Shown: positions 23,971-36,429 of the stretch, one piece after another | Layout: every line of letters begins with the position of its first letter | Position numbering within the stretch: the first letter of the stretch is position 1 | From: Octopus sinensis | Lineage: Eukaryota | Reading direction: 5' to 3' | Length of the DNA stretch: 64,000 bases | Assembly: GCF_006345805.1 (NCBI RefSeq) | Contig: NC_043008.1 | Span: forward strand, 50,158,001 to 50,222,000 | Made by a program: the position numbers and the translations under genes | Notes under the pieces: model-generated | What the model was told of the DNA's origin: nothing | The model's input: the letters and a program-made list of their open reading frames with translations, nothing else | Database searches by the model: none

Positions 23971-25520
23971 AATCATAAGACAAATTCTTCAAGCCAAGCC
24001 AACTGGCTGGAGACCTAGAAGTAGACCAAGAACAAAATGTTAAGATATTCTCCATAGTCTCAGCTGGTCCCAATTGGGAATCCAGTTGGAAAGGCTAATG
24101 ATGGTTGCTTCTCATAGGACCCTGCAGAGGAGGGGCCTAAGAACTCTACCCTTATAACATGGGAGAGTTATGGAGAAAATGGATGGATAGATGGAATTAT
24201 AAATCAGTATCATAAGAAGATTGCCAGAGATGGCAGAAAGTAGAATCAGTTGAGTGGTGAACAGAATATTCTGTGGTATTTATTTAGGGTGCTTTATGTT
24301 TAGAGTTCAAATCCAGCAGATAGTTACTTTGCCTTTCATCCCATCAAGGTTGATGAAACAATTATCAATCAACTACTGGCATTGATTTTATTGATTATAT
24401 CCCTTTAGAACAACAAAAATTCCTGATGTAGTGGACCCCAAGTTAGAAAACAAACATTGGCAAAAAGCTGACCTCGGTAGAATTTGAACTCAGCATTTTG
24501 CTCAGAATGTTAATGATTCTACTAGTTCACCACCTTAGAAAACAAATATTGGCTTCAAATTTTGGCACAAGGCCAAAAACTTCAGGGGAGGGAGTAAGTT
24601 GATTACAACTGAGACTCTGGATATATTCCAACCATTTTGTTCTTGGTCTGTAGTACCAGAACTGTGACCTCTCCATCCGATGAAGAAATGGCTTGACTTG
24701 GAGAGACTCGCTGATCTCTGATTTTTGCACCCTGTTGAGTAACGTTACTCCAGAGACCCTTCAGACGAACACCATTTGGGTGTGTTCCAGATCTCTTAGT
24801 GGAGAAGGATTGGGATGAGGTGATGACGAGGCGGGGGCCCATCTCACCCAGAAATGGGCCAAGAGACAGCTGTTTCTGAAAGGTCAAGCAGAGAATGCTT
24901 ATATTGCATCTGTCATATATTACTGCCCAACCATTGTACTCTACCCCAGTATACATCTGACCAAACTTAAATGCATACCCTTCTGCTTTCTGTGGAAGGG
25001 ACACATTCCACTCATCACTCAATTTTTTTTCAAAAGTTCAAATTTCATTTCATACATAATGTAAGGTGTGTCTACACGTCCACCAGTTTCTCTTTTTGCA
25101 CTAAATTCCAATATAATTGGATTCTACACCCTCTGAAAAGTGTTTGTAGAAAATTTCGTTTAAAAACATCCCTATTTTCGAAAGTTACGAGGAAACAAAG
25201 CCGGAGGGGTGGAGCTAGCACAGTTGTGTGTGTATGCCAGAGCCTCCTAGTAGACACCCAATCTATTTATGGAAAGAAGCCCCTGCTATCCTTCAAATTT
25301 TTACAACAAAAATTTTTACACTACATTTTGGTTTCGGCTAACAAGCCAAGAATTTGGAGAGAGAGAAGAGAAAAGAGAGAAAAGGATCATTGTCCTGCTC
25401 AATCAATGATGACCTAGGGCTAAACCAGAAGACGATCTCAGAAAATAAAGGGAGGGAACTAAATGCTGAATGGTTGTCAGACAAAATCGTTAAAGCATTG
25501 GACATTTGATCATTCCTACC

Positions 25521-25870
25521 CAGATGTGCCTCCCACCCCACTGACTTTGACATTGCTTTCTCATTACTTTCTGAAAAATTGATATTTTTTTTATGAAAAT
25601 CATTTCAGATGGAGTAGATTACGATTATATCAGAATTTATGGTAATAAAAGAAAGATATATACATACTGACATAAAACGCATATATGCCTAAAATTAAAA
25701 TTTTGAAAACTTTGTGTCAGTATGTATGTCTACGCGCCCATCTTTTTTTTTTACATTAAATTCTGATATAATCGTAATCTGCACAATCTGAAAATTAACT
25801 GTAGAAAATTTCATAAAAAAATATCCATTTTTCTGGAAGTTATGAGGAAACAAAGTCGGGGGCACACTTG
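25521..25870. mobile_element. Long-arm fold-back MITE; related arm at about 25135-25210
   Basis: Arms include GATTACGATTATATCAGAATTTA / TAAATTCTGATATAATCGTAATC and TACATACTGACA / TGTCAGTATGTA. The ends GTGCC..GACTTTG / CAAAGTC..GGCAC are inverted. Confidence 0.7.
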
Positions 25871-26652
25871 TATGTATGTATGTATGTATGTATGTATGTA
25901 TATATGTATGTATGCCCTTGTGCTTGTGTGTTCCCCCAGACACCTTGATAACTGGTGTTGGTTTGTTTACGTTCATAACTTAGCGGTTCGGCAAAAAGTG
26001 AATGATAGAATAAGTACCAGGCGTTAAAAGAAATCAAGTCCTGGGGTCAATCTTTTCATCTAAAACCCTTTGAGGCTGTGCTCCAGCATGGCCGCAATCC
26101 AAAGACTGAAACAAGAAAAAGATAAAATATAAAAGACATCCAAGACTGCATTATGAAACATGTCCTTCTTTTTTAAAAGCAATAGGAAGATTTAACAGCT
26201 TGTTCTAACAGGTCAAGTAAACCCCGTTGAAATTTCTTCACTGGAAATCTTAGGTGAACGTTGCTGGTTTTTAGGTTTTTTCTTAATTTTTATGCTTTTA
26301 AATTTGTTCGTTGAGACTGACATAAAGTCGAATAATAAATCGACCCAAGACGGGGTTTATTTATTGATTTTTTTTCAATAAATTTCTTTCAAAACTGATC
26401 TAGGGTCGAAAAAGACGTAACTTGAAACGAGCTATGTTGAGTTTTACCGTCTACTGTTCTTGCAAGAAAGATGGGTGGATCAAAGCTGGAATTCTTCTTA
26501 ATTTAAAGGATGTTTGGGAGCAATAAGATGGGAGTTAGTTAAAAAAAAAAAATTAATTAAAAGATCTCTGATCCAAATTGAACAGAGCCTAAAACCAATA
26601 AAGAAGAGGAAAATACGAACAAACCATTTTTAAAAATTTATTAAAACATATA

Positions 26653-27853
26653 TCTATATATATAAAACTGTAGTTGTGTGAGTGTCTGTCCCTTTCGATT
26701 TAGATTCCTAACTACTCCCACATTTTGCGGTGCAGTTTAACCAAATTCGGGTATCTTATAGTCGTGATTCATATCGAGCCCGTCTGAGTATTAGCGCGCA
26801 TCTACGATGAGTCTACGATTTAAAAAATAATTTAACATCATTTTTTATTCCATTTTAATGCATAATTTTTCATGTGTCGATGGCGGCGGAGTTGGCGTCC
26901 ATGGTCACACCTGCACCTGTTTGCTTCTCCCCCTTCCCTCCCTCGTGAAGCTGTGGGGAAGGGAGTGTAAGGAAATCAATGTCGTAAAGCGTTATCAAGG
27001 AGACCAGCGTTCTTTTAGAACAACGACTTCATGGCTTGAAGACACCAAAACAGAAATGGCTAAGAAAGCCCGAATTGGCATCTATAAGGGAAGTAACTCT
27101 CTAAAAATGCTTATATAGTTATTTCCCTTACAAACCCGAGCAACGCCGGGCAATACTGTTAGTCTATATATATAAAACTGTAGTTGTGTGAGTGTCTGTC
27201 TCCTACGATTTAGATTCCTAACTACTCCCACATTTTGCGGTGCAGTTTAACCAAATTCGGGTATCTTATAGTCGTGATTCATATCGAGCCCGTCTGGGTA
27301 TTAGCGCGCGTCTACGATGAGTCTATGATTTTAAAAATAATTTACCATAATTTTTTTCCATTTTAATGCATATTTTTTCCCTCCCTCGTGAAGCTGTGGG
27401 GAAGGGAGTGTAAGGAAATCAACGCCGTAAAGCGTTGTCAAGGAGACCAGCGTTCTTTTAGAACAACGACTTCATGGCTTGAAGACACCAAAACAGAAAT
27501 GGCTAAGAAACCCGAAAGCAAATTCTACAAAATCGGAAACACGCCACACAGGGAAGGTTCCCGTGCAAATAATTTGCACAACCGAATTTTATAGTTGTTG
27601 CACAACTTTTACTTAAAAAATATTATCCAAACTTTTGAAGGCAATATTGTATGGCGATGGTACTTGTGAAATATGGTAATGGATTTAGTAGCCAAAAGGA
27701 GAGAGCAGAGGCATAGTATGGTGGTGGTGGAGGCGGTGGTAGTGGCAGCGGTGGTGGCGGTGGTGCTGGTAGTGGTGATGGTGGTCGTGGTCGTGGTGGT
27801 CGTCGTGTTTGTGGTGGTGGTGGTGGTGGTGGTGTTGTTGTTGTTGTTGTTGC

Positions 27854-27899
<46 letters not shown>

Positions 27900-28752
27900 G
27901 GTGGTGGTCGTCGTCGTCGTCGTGGTCGTGGTGGTGGTCGTGGTGGGCGTGGTGATGATGGTGGTGGTGGTGGTCGTCGTGGTGGTCTTCGTGATGGTGG
28001 TGGTGATGGTCATGGGCGTAGTGGTGATGGTGTTGGTCATGGTGGTGGTGGCTGAAGCTGTCGTCTGGGTTCTTCCAATTTTTTCGTGTGTCGGTGGCGG
28101 CGTTGGCGTCCACGCTCGCACCTGCACTTGTGTAGCTCCTCCCCTTCTTCCCTCCCTCGTGAAGCTGTGGGGAAGGCAGGGTAGGGAAATCAACGTCGTA
28201 AAGCGTTGTCAAGGAGACCAGCGTTCTTTTAGAACAACGACTTCATGGCTTGAAGTCGCCAAAACAGAAATCGCTAAAAAAGCTGGAACAGATCCACAAA
28301 AACGGCAAAAACCTCCACACAGGGCAGGTCTCCTGTGCAAACAATTTGCACAACCGAATGTTTTAGTTGTTGCACAAATCTTTATTTATAAAAGTGAAGT
28401 TGTGTGAGTGTCTGTCCCCTTCGATTTAGATTCCTAACTACTCCCACATTTTGCGGTGCAGTTTAACCAAAACCGGGTATCTTATAGTCGTGATTCATAT
28501 CGAGCCCTTCTGGGTATTAGCGCGCGTCTACGATGATTTTACGATTTAAAAAAAATTTACCATCATTTTTCCCATTTTAATGCATTTTTCGCTATTATAT
28601 AAGGGAAGTAACTCTCTAAAAATGTCTACGATGAGTCAACGATTTTTAAAAAAATTACCATTTTTAATGCATTTTTTTTGCTATAAATCTCTAAAAATGC
28701 TTCTATAGTTATTTCCCTTACAAACCCGAGCAACGCCGGGCTATACTGCTAG
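26653..28752 (+). mobile_element. Non-autonomous Helitron array (units start at 26653, 27163 and 28379)
   Basis: A|TC 5' ends (TCTATATATATAAAACTGTAGTTGTGTGAG), subterminal hairpin CCCGAGCAACGCCGGG, 3' ends TTAG (27162) and CTAG|T (28752), no TSD. Confidence 0.88.
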
Positions 28753-29592
28753 TAAACTAATAAAAAATTTTAAACGTTTTTCGTATTACGCCTTTGTTGA
28801 GTTAAATCGTATGTCCTGGAACCAGTTATTGATGTAAATGAGGTAGGCCTGTATTTCTTAGACTAAATTATTCAATGTGTCCTTCGTTTTTTAAAAATCA
28901 AGTGTGTAAAATGAGGAAGTCTCGGCTGTTATTTCTAACAAATCAAATAGTTTAAGTTGACGTCCACAGTGGAGGTAACTCTAATGGGCACATATTAGAA
29001 TTACCTCCCTTGGACTTTTCTTTTAAAAAATGTTGCTCTATTTTTTTTTTTTTTTTAATCCTAATATTTTTTTGCTTTCTGAATTAATTTCATTAAATGA
29101 AAATATTTGCCTAAATGGTAAGCGTAATCGAGAGTAGAGCTTTCGACTTTCCCTCATAATGTCGTGGATTCGATTCCTGGACGGGACAGTGCGTTGTGAT
29201 TGTACGATACTCTTTCACAAACCATGCAATCTGCATTTTTTAAATCTTAATCTAATCTTGTTAATTATCTACCTCTTTAGTAATCATCTCTCTCTCTCCC
29301 TTTCTTGCCCCTTTCTCTCCTTTTCCCTCTCACTAGCCCCCTCTGTACATACGATGTAGTATATACTCTTTAGTCTTTTACTTTTACTTGTTTCAGTCAG
29401 TTGACTGTGGCCATGCTGGAGCACCGCCTTTAGTCGAGCAAATCGACCCCAGGACTTATTCTTAGTAAGCCTAGTACTTATTCTATCGGTCTCTTTTGCC
29501 GAACCGCTAAGTTACGGGGATGTAAACACACCAGCATCGGTTGTCAAGCAATGTTGGGAGGACAAACACATACAAACATATACACACATATT

Positions 29593-29638
<46 letters not shown>

Positions 29639-29964
29639 CACACATATATGTATACATATATACGACGGGATTCTTTCAGTTTCCGTCTACCAAATCCATT
29701 CACATGGCTTTGGTCAGCCCGAGGCTATAGTAGAAGACACTTGCCCAAGGTGTCATGCAGTGGGACTGAACCCGGAACCATGTGGTTCGTAAGCAAGCTA
29801 CTTACCACACAGCCAAATGTACGTGTGCATGTGTGTGTGTGTGTATCCATTGAACATGATTAACACTTTATTTTACTGAACCCTCATTTGTCGTTCGTGA
29901 CAAGAGTATCCATCGCGTGTGTGTGTGTAAAGTATACATATACATGTATATACACAACGAATAT

Positions 29965-30333
29965 TGATGGAACAAAACCATCAAAACCTCTGTCAGATGT
30001 AAACGTAACAGAACAGATATTGTTGTTTAGGATGAGAGAAAGAATGTATGTCTAGAGGTTGGCTGCCCTGCTGGTGTGAATATCTCTTTGAAAATCAAGC
30101 AGAAAGAGGATAACTATGGACAAATGCTTCGAAACTTCCAGCTTCCATGTTCAAATTGTAAATTCACATTTATACCAATAATTACTGGTTTTCTGAGGAA
30201 ATGCCTAAGCGGCAATCAGGATAAGGTAAGGTTTCCAGAAAAAGAAATCCGTCAGCAAATTCACACATTACAAATACGATTTGTAAGTGGAACTGTAAAA
30301 CAATGCAAGACTTTTCTCAAGTTTGAAATGTGA
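29965..30333 (+). mobile_element. RLE-endonuclease C-terminus of an R4/Dong/NeSL-type LINE
   Basis: KTSVRCKRNRTDIVV*D...EVGCPAGVNISLKIKQKEDNYGQMLRNFQL..FTFIPIITG is a degenerate PD..E..P...K...K...Y motif. Confidence 0.7.
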
Positions 30334-31532
30334 ATTTAGTTTTGTTGTCTAGAGTCCATCAACAAGGCTTTGTATCATTGTAAAAAAAAAAAAACAGCTC
30401 TTTTCTTACAGAAAGAGCTCAAATTAAAAGCAGAAAGGAACGTGCATATTTATACACACCCTACCATCTAACTAACCAAAATCAAATGCACACATACACA
30501 CACACACGCTCGCACATAAATACATACATAATGTGTGTGTATGTATACACATACACACATTTATATACACAAATACATAAATATATACATATACATATAT
30601 ATACATACATACATACATATATATATATATATAGATATATATATAGATATATATAGATATATATGTATGTATGTATGTATTTGTAAACAAACCAGAAGGG
30701 TTTGAAAGTTATTTGTGGGTTCAATTCTGGCCTTGGTTAGCTCATCATTTTTCAGTCAATTGTTTATATATAAATGTTGCTCTAAATTGGAGTATATATA
30801 TTATTATTATAATGATATATAATTATATAGCTATTATTGTGTATGTATGTGTGTATGTATATATATATATATAATTCCCAAGTATGACCAATGCCAGTGC
30901 TGCCTGACTGGCACCCGTGCTGGTGACACATAAATAGCACCATTTGAGCATGGTCGATGCCAGTGCTGCTAGACTGGCTCCTGTGCCAGTGGCATATAAA
31001 AAGCACCCACTACACTCTCTGAGTGGTTGTCATTAGGAAGGGCATCCAGCTGTAGAAACCTTGCCAAATCATATTGGAGCCTGGTACAGCCTCCCGGCTT
31101 GCCAGTCCTCAAACTGTCCAATCCATAGCAGCATGGAATGCAGACGTTAAACGACGACGATGATGATGATAAATAAATGAAAAATGTATTGTAAATAAAC
31201 AAACGACAGGTAAAAAAAACATTTAACATCTACTGAGTGCAACCGGATGGGAGACGGACACAGAAGGTCCCTAATTCTTCATCAGTTGTCAACCAGATGG
31301 TATTGCTCAGTTCCACACCGTTAATGATAAGACTGAGAACTTCCCATTCTGGTGGTGCCCATGAAAGTTGCAGGGAATATATGGCAAACAGAGCAAACAA
31401 AACAATACATTTTTTTTTCATTTATTGAATAACACAACACACCCTGACTTTTATTAACAGTAAGTTTTACACACACAGATACATGGATATGTGTGTGTGT
31501 GTGTGTATGTGTGTGTATATTATATATATATA

Positions 31533-31662
31533 CAGGGTGTCCCAAAAAAATGTATACACATAGTGGTTCAGCAAAAGAGAACGATAGAATAAGTACTAGG
31601 CTTACAAAGAATAACAAATTTACAATTATTTAAGGTGTGTATACATTTTTGGGGACACCCTG
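31533..31662. mobile_element. Tc1/mariner-type MITE
   Basis: TIRs CAGGGTGTCCCAAAAAAATGTATACACA / TGTGTATACATTTTTGGGGACACCCTG, flanked by TA. Confidence 0.85.
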
Positions 31663-31783
31663 TATATATATATATATATATATATAAAAATATTATATAT
31701 ATAAATCAAAATCAAATTCATAACAGTAAGTTTATTAGGACATACATACATATGTGTGTGTGTATGTGTGTATGTGTGTGTGT

Positions 31784-31823
<40 letters not shown>

Positions 31824-31839
31824 CCTCACAAATAGTATT

Positions 31840-32720
31840 CTTTCCCTTCTCCCACTTCTCTTCAACCAAAAGTACTAAATACTACCCCACTCACTCAGAT
31901 ACTAACCTGTCAATCTCTCCCTCCCTCTATTCAATTCCATACACCTCTGCATATCTCAGTACCCCACCCCCCTCCAGTACCAACCCACATGCATTATTCT
32001 TCTAATCACTGCTATCTAGACTACCAACTCACCCTCCACCTCCATCCACCCCCCCCCCCCCGTCTTCTCTCATACCATTCTACATACCTTAGTAATCTCC
32101 CTCTGCCACTGAACCAGGCAGCTTTACTTCCCCCAAATAATTACCATTCCTTTTCTCACAATCTCAACTTCCGATAATTCTATAGCTTTCATCCCAAAAC
32201 TTTGACAAACACAGCGCAACAGACTACCATTCAAATACCATCTATCTTACCTTTCTATTCATCACCTATCTTTGCACCTCTACTACTACCTTCCTTAGTA
32301 CCTTCATTATTAACCCCTCACTCTTCCTGAACTATCTTTTCTCCTCTCACCATTCCCTCTCTTAATACTCCCCATAACCCCCACTGACCCTCCTACACCC
32401 CCCACTTCTTCAATACTCTCCACATTTAATTATTCCATCTTTGAACTTCTCAGCATTAAGACCTGAAATGTAAGATCTCTGCCCTGATGATGGAGACTTG
32501 TCTCATCCAGAGTTAATTGCCATCCATACAGCTGTACATTGTGATGAATTACATCTACCAACATTGTTATGGATCTCCAAGCCCCCAGAAACAGCTGTTA
32601 GACTTTTAACACCTTTCTTCAACCCCTTTAATTTTCTCTGTCGTTTATGCTCTGTGTAAGTTGGACCTATTAATATAAACATCTATGTATTTATACATAG
32701 AAATTCATCATCTAAAAGTC
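31840..32720 (+). mobile_element. C/T-rich Penelope-like 3' region with degenerate hammerhead (CTGATGA 32484, GAAACAGCTGTT 32588)
   Basis: A pyrimidine-skewed tract followed by CTGATGA-TGG...CCA-GAAAC-AGCT-GTT. Stem I is poorly paired. A purine-skewed, apparently related tract lies at about 35880-36430 on the opposite strand. Confidence 0.5.
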
Positions 32721-32726
32721 TCCACA

Positions 32727-33692
32727 TTTTGCTTAACCTACCAAGGTATTTTTATTCAAATAGCTGGTCCCTCAATTGGGTCAGCATTTGACAGACTCGC
32801 CTCTTCCCATTCATTCACCACATTCAGCAGTCTTTCATAATGGCTTTTCCAAGTCTCTTTCTTTGCAGAGTCATTAAATGCAAGTGCCCCATCATCCATG
32901 CAGACACATTTCTCTCCTATGACATCACAATTTTCACTCACACACTGTCTTTCAATCTGAGACACTTCAAGTCTTTGGTCCTCATGCCACTGAACATAGG
33001 CAAACTTCTTTTCTGCTTCTCACTTGGCTAGATATACCTGTCTCCTAGCTTCTCTTTTGGCTATCTGATACACTTCCCTGCTACCCCAACTCTTCTAAGC
33101 CTTCTCAGCCTCTTTCTTTGCTCTAGTGACCCTGTCTACAGTATCGTTCCACCACTACATCACCCTAGGTCAGGATGGGACTTGGCACCAGTTGCAGATT
33201 TGATCTGTGGCACTCAGCAAGCTGTCTTGCAGGAATTCCCTGTTGCTCTCTATGTCACATGTCTGTAACTCCTTCTCCCTCTCATCAAATTTCTCAATTA
33301 GGATGTCCCTAAATCTCTGACAATATGAAGAGTCCTTAATCTTCCAAATCCCTTTTTTCCACATTTGTGCTTCTTGGCATCCTTCTGGCCTGGAGTCTAA
33401 AGTCACTAACGACTAATCAATGCTGGGGTGCAGTGGGGTACATTCCTCACCAGGGTGCGTCTTTGTATTTAAGAGCAACCATGCACCCCACTGTCCAGTG
33501 CGAATGTAATCAATCTGTCACCTGATTGGTAGGTTATCAGGTCACTGGCTGGCTTCCTGAAGTTGGTGCTGCAGATCAATAGGTTATTTGCATCACAGAA
33601 CTCCAGTAGCCTTGTTCCCTCTTTGTTTCAGGAACCAATTCCATGGCCCATATGTACACTATGGAAGATACCAGGCTGTGATCTGACATGCC
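32727..33692 (-). mobile_element. RTE-type LINE fragment (endonuclease end and linker)
   Basis: IWKIKD...RFRD, ENCDVIGEKCVCMDDGALAFNDSAKKETWKSHYERLLNVVNEWEE..L...DPIEGPAI. QIDY-like sequence near 33510. Confidence 0.8.
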
Positions 33693-33778
33693 CACTGAAA
33701 TATCTATCTATCTATCTATCTCTATCTCTCTCTATATATATATCTATATATATATGTGTGTGTGTGTTTGTATATATT

Positions 33779-33813
<35 letters not shown>

Positions 33814-33814
33814 T

Positions 33815-34063
33815 TCTAATACAAGGATTAATTTTTTTCTTTTTTAATTTTTATCAGTGGCCAGCTTATGAAAAATACCTTTTAAGGTGAAATTATAAGT
33901 ACAATTATAAGTAAGGGCAAAAGAAAAAATTTTCTTTGCCAATATGCTGAAAAATAGACGCTAAATCATCTAACCACATAAAATATTTTCACTTGTATTA
34001 TTACACACATAAAAATATTTTATGAGGTTAGATGATTTAGCGTCTATTTTTCAGCATGTTGGT
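33815..34063. mobile_element. Asymmetric fold-back element; relatives at about 48870-49145 (reverse) and 14352-14455
   Basis: Arms CCAATATGCTGAAAAATAGACGCTAAATCATCTAACCACATAAAATATTTT / AAAATATTTTATGAGGTTAGATGATTTAGCGTCTATTTTTCAGCATGTTGG. The tail TCAGTGGCCAGC..AAAAATACCTTT.AAGG is shared with the 49 kb copy. Confidence 0.7.
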
Positions 34064-34513
34064 GAACTAGCAAATATGGACGAGAGCATCTGGACACGTA
34101 TTCTTTCAGTGGAGGCATTAAGAGAGACATAGTGAGACAGAGAGAGGGGGTGGTCGGGACATGAGGGAGAAATATATAATTTGGGATTTGAGTGGCATAG
34201 TTAATTTAACGAGACAGCAAATGTTGATAATAGTAAATAGAATTGAAGAATCTGTGTATATATACTGTATATATATGTATATATATGTATAAAAAATATA
34301 TATAAAAATACAAAATGGGACAAGAACGCAAAACATTCAAATAGACGACACAAAAAAACGGATGGGTCATTCGAAGCCTCTAATCTTCAGTCAAGAACCG
34401 GATCATCCTCGCAATTTCAGCTGATTAATCTTGACATCGCTCCGATCCGGCCAGCCCCAAGGAAAAACTAAGCTACAAGCATTAGATTTCTTGGAAAAAG
34501 GATCGAATACATG

Positions 34514-34570
<57 letters not shown>

Positions 34571-35460
34571 ATGCACACACATATTTACATATATGTACAT
34601 GCATAACAACAATGCAAAGAAGTGCATTGTGACCAGCGCTGTATAACAAAATCAACAAAATATGCCCACATATGTTTGTTAAAAGAATGGGTATATTAAT
34701 CAAACCATGCAATATTATAAATCCATTGCAGCCGATTATACCTGTTAGTTCCACACCAGGTATTAGATAACTTGACATCAAATAACAGGGCAGTTGTCTA
34801 ATACACATACCTTTCAGGATAGCAAACATGAGAAAAAATATGGCAACTGCCCTTTCTTATTCATCATCATCATCATCGTTTAACGTCCGCTTTCCATGCT
34901 AGCATGGGTTGGACAGTTCAACAGGGGTCTGGGAAGCCATATGGCTGCACCAGGCCCAGTCTGATCTGGCAGTGTTTCTACAGCTGGATGCCCTTCCTAA
35001 CGCCAACCACTCTGTGAGTGTAGTGGGTGCTTTCTACGTGCCACCGGCACAGGTGCCAGATGAGGAGTTGAGAAATTGTCACATCTGGTTTATGGATGCT
35101 GTGAAAAAAAAAGATGGGGGAAATAATTGCAAAGGGTCTGTCAAGAGTTATGTCCTTGCCCATTGGCCCCTAAAAAAAGAAAGAACTTGAATTGGTTGTG
35201 ATGCAGCAAGTGTCTGGTGGATAAATGTGTAGGAGGTGTTTTAAGGGGCTGGTATGTATGTATGATTGATATAGTATAGGGAAGTTTAGAGGGAGAATAA
35301 GGCAGGTGCCCAAACTTTTAACCCTATGTTAGGGTGCATATGCATGTGTTCATGTGTGCATGGTCTGATCAAAATTTTGCTAAGTTCTCAGGATGTGTGC
35401 TGGAAAGATCAATGGTGAAGATTCTAGCACTTATAATCATGGTGTTACTTGGCGGTAAGA

Positions 35461-35633
35461 TTACATGTACCTTCTCCCATGTGGGCATAGGCTGAAAATT
35501 TCATTTCTGCAGTTTCAGTGGTTGTCTGGAGGATAGAATTCTTTTCTTGTTTACACATAATCCGCACTTTCAGCAAACATTGAAATAAAACTTGTTCTTC
35601 CCCTAAATTTTCCATTTAATGTTGTAACCCATG
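35461..35633 (-). mobile_element. Decayed Penelope-like element, C-terminus of GIY-YIG endonuclease ORF
   Basis: Manual translation through stops and one frameshift: GYNIKWKI*GKNKFYFNVC*KCGLCVNKKRILSSRQPL(N)CRNEIFSLCPHGRRYM. This matches the I.WKI...C.LC..EK...LN.R.E..S.C.H pattern of PLE ORF ends. Confidence 0.65.
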
Positions 35634-35703
35634 GCACTCCCAAACATGGGGTTAAAGGTTTGGTGCCTGGAGTGCGAGCCTTATTTTATATATATATGTA
35701 CGC

Positions 35704-35734
<31 letters not shown>

Positions 35735-36108
35735 TGTATGTATGTACATATGTACACACACACACGCACACATACAATACATACTTATGTACATGCATAC
35801 GTACTTATATACACGTATATAGTCTCATATAAAAATATCATCTTCATCATCATCGTGATTTTACATATGCTTTCTATGCTGGCAGAGGTAGAACTGTTTG
35901 TTAGGTTTCAAGGCAGTTCTTATTAAAATTATACAGGTTTATTGCTCAGTGAGTGTATAGTGCTAGGGAAGACGATAATAGGAAGGAAAGTAAAAGGCTG
36001 TATTGGGGGAGGGGGTTAATGAGAAAGAGAGAGAGAGAAAGTGGGAGTTAGAGAGTGCCGGACAGTGATGAAGATTGACAAGAAAGAGATGTAGTGCTAT
36101 CACAAGTT

Positions 36109-36333
36109 ACATGAGGGGGGGGGGGTGAAAAGTTCCTGGCTTCAAGTAAAAGAAAATACAGGAGGATCCATTAATTAGGATTTTATTCAACATATTCCTC
36201 TCTCAGATTCACACACTTATTGCATTGGTCCTTCAGTTTTTCTAAGCTTTGTAAAAGAACTCAGAAGGTTGAGCCTCCAACCAGGCATTTTGCAATACTC
36301 TCAAAGCCAGGAACTCTTCAGCATCTCCTTGTT
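36109..36333. mobile_element. Mariner-derived MITE
   Basis: TIRs GAGGGG..GTGAAAAGTTCCTGGCTT / AAGCCAGGAACTCTTCAGCATCTCCTTG with TA at both ends. Confidence 0.7.
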
Positions 36334-36429
36334 ATGCATGGTTGGGTAAAGCAGTGCATGACAGAACGATAAGACAAAAACAGGAAATAGAAGGAAAAGA
36401 GGAAAGATAATATTAGGGGATTAGTGAAA

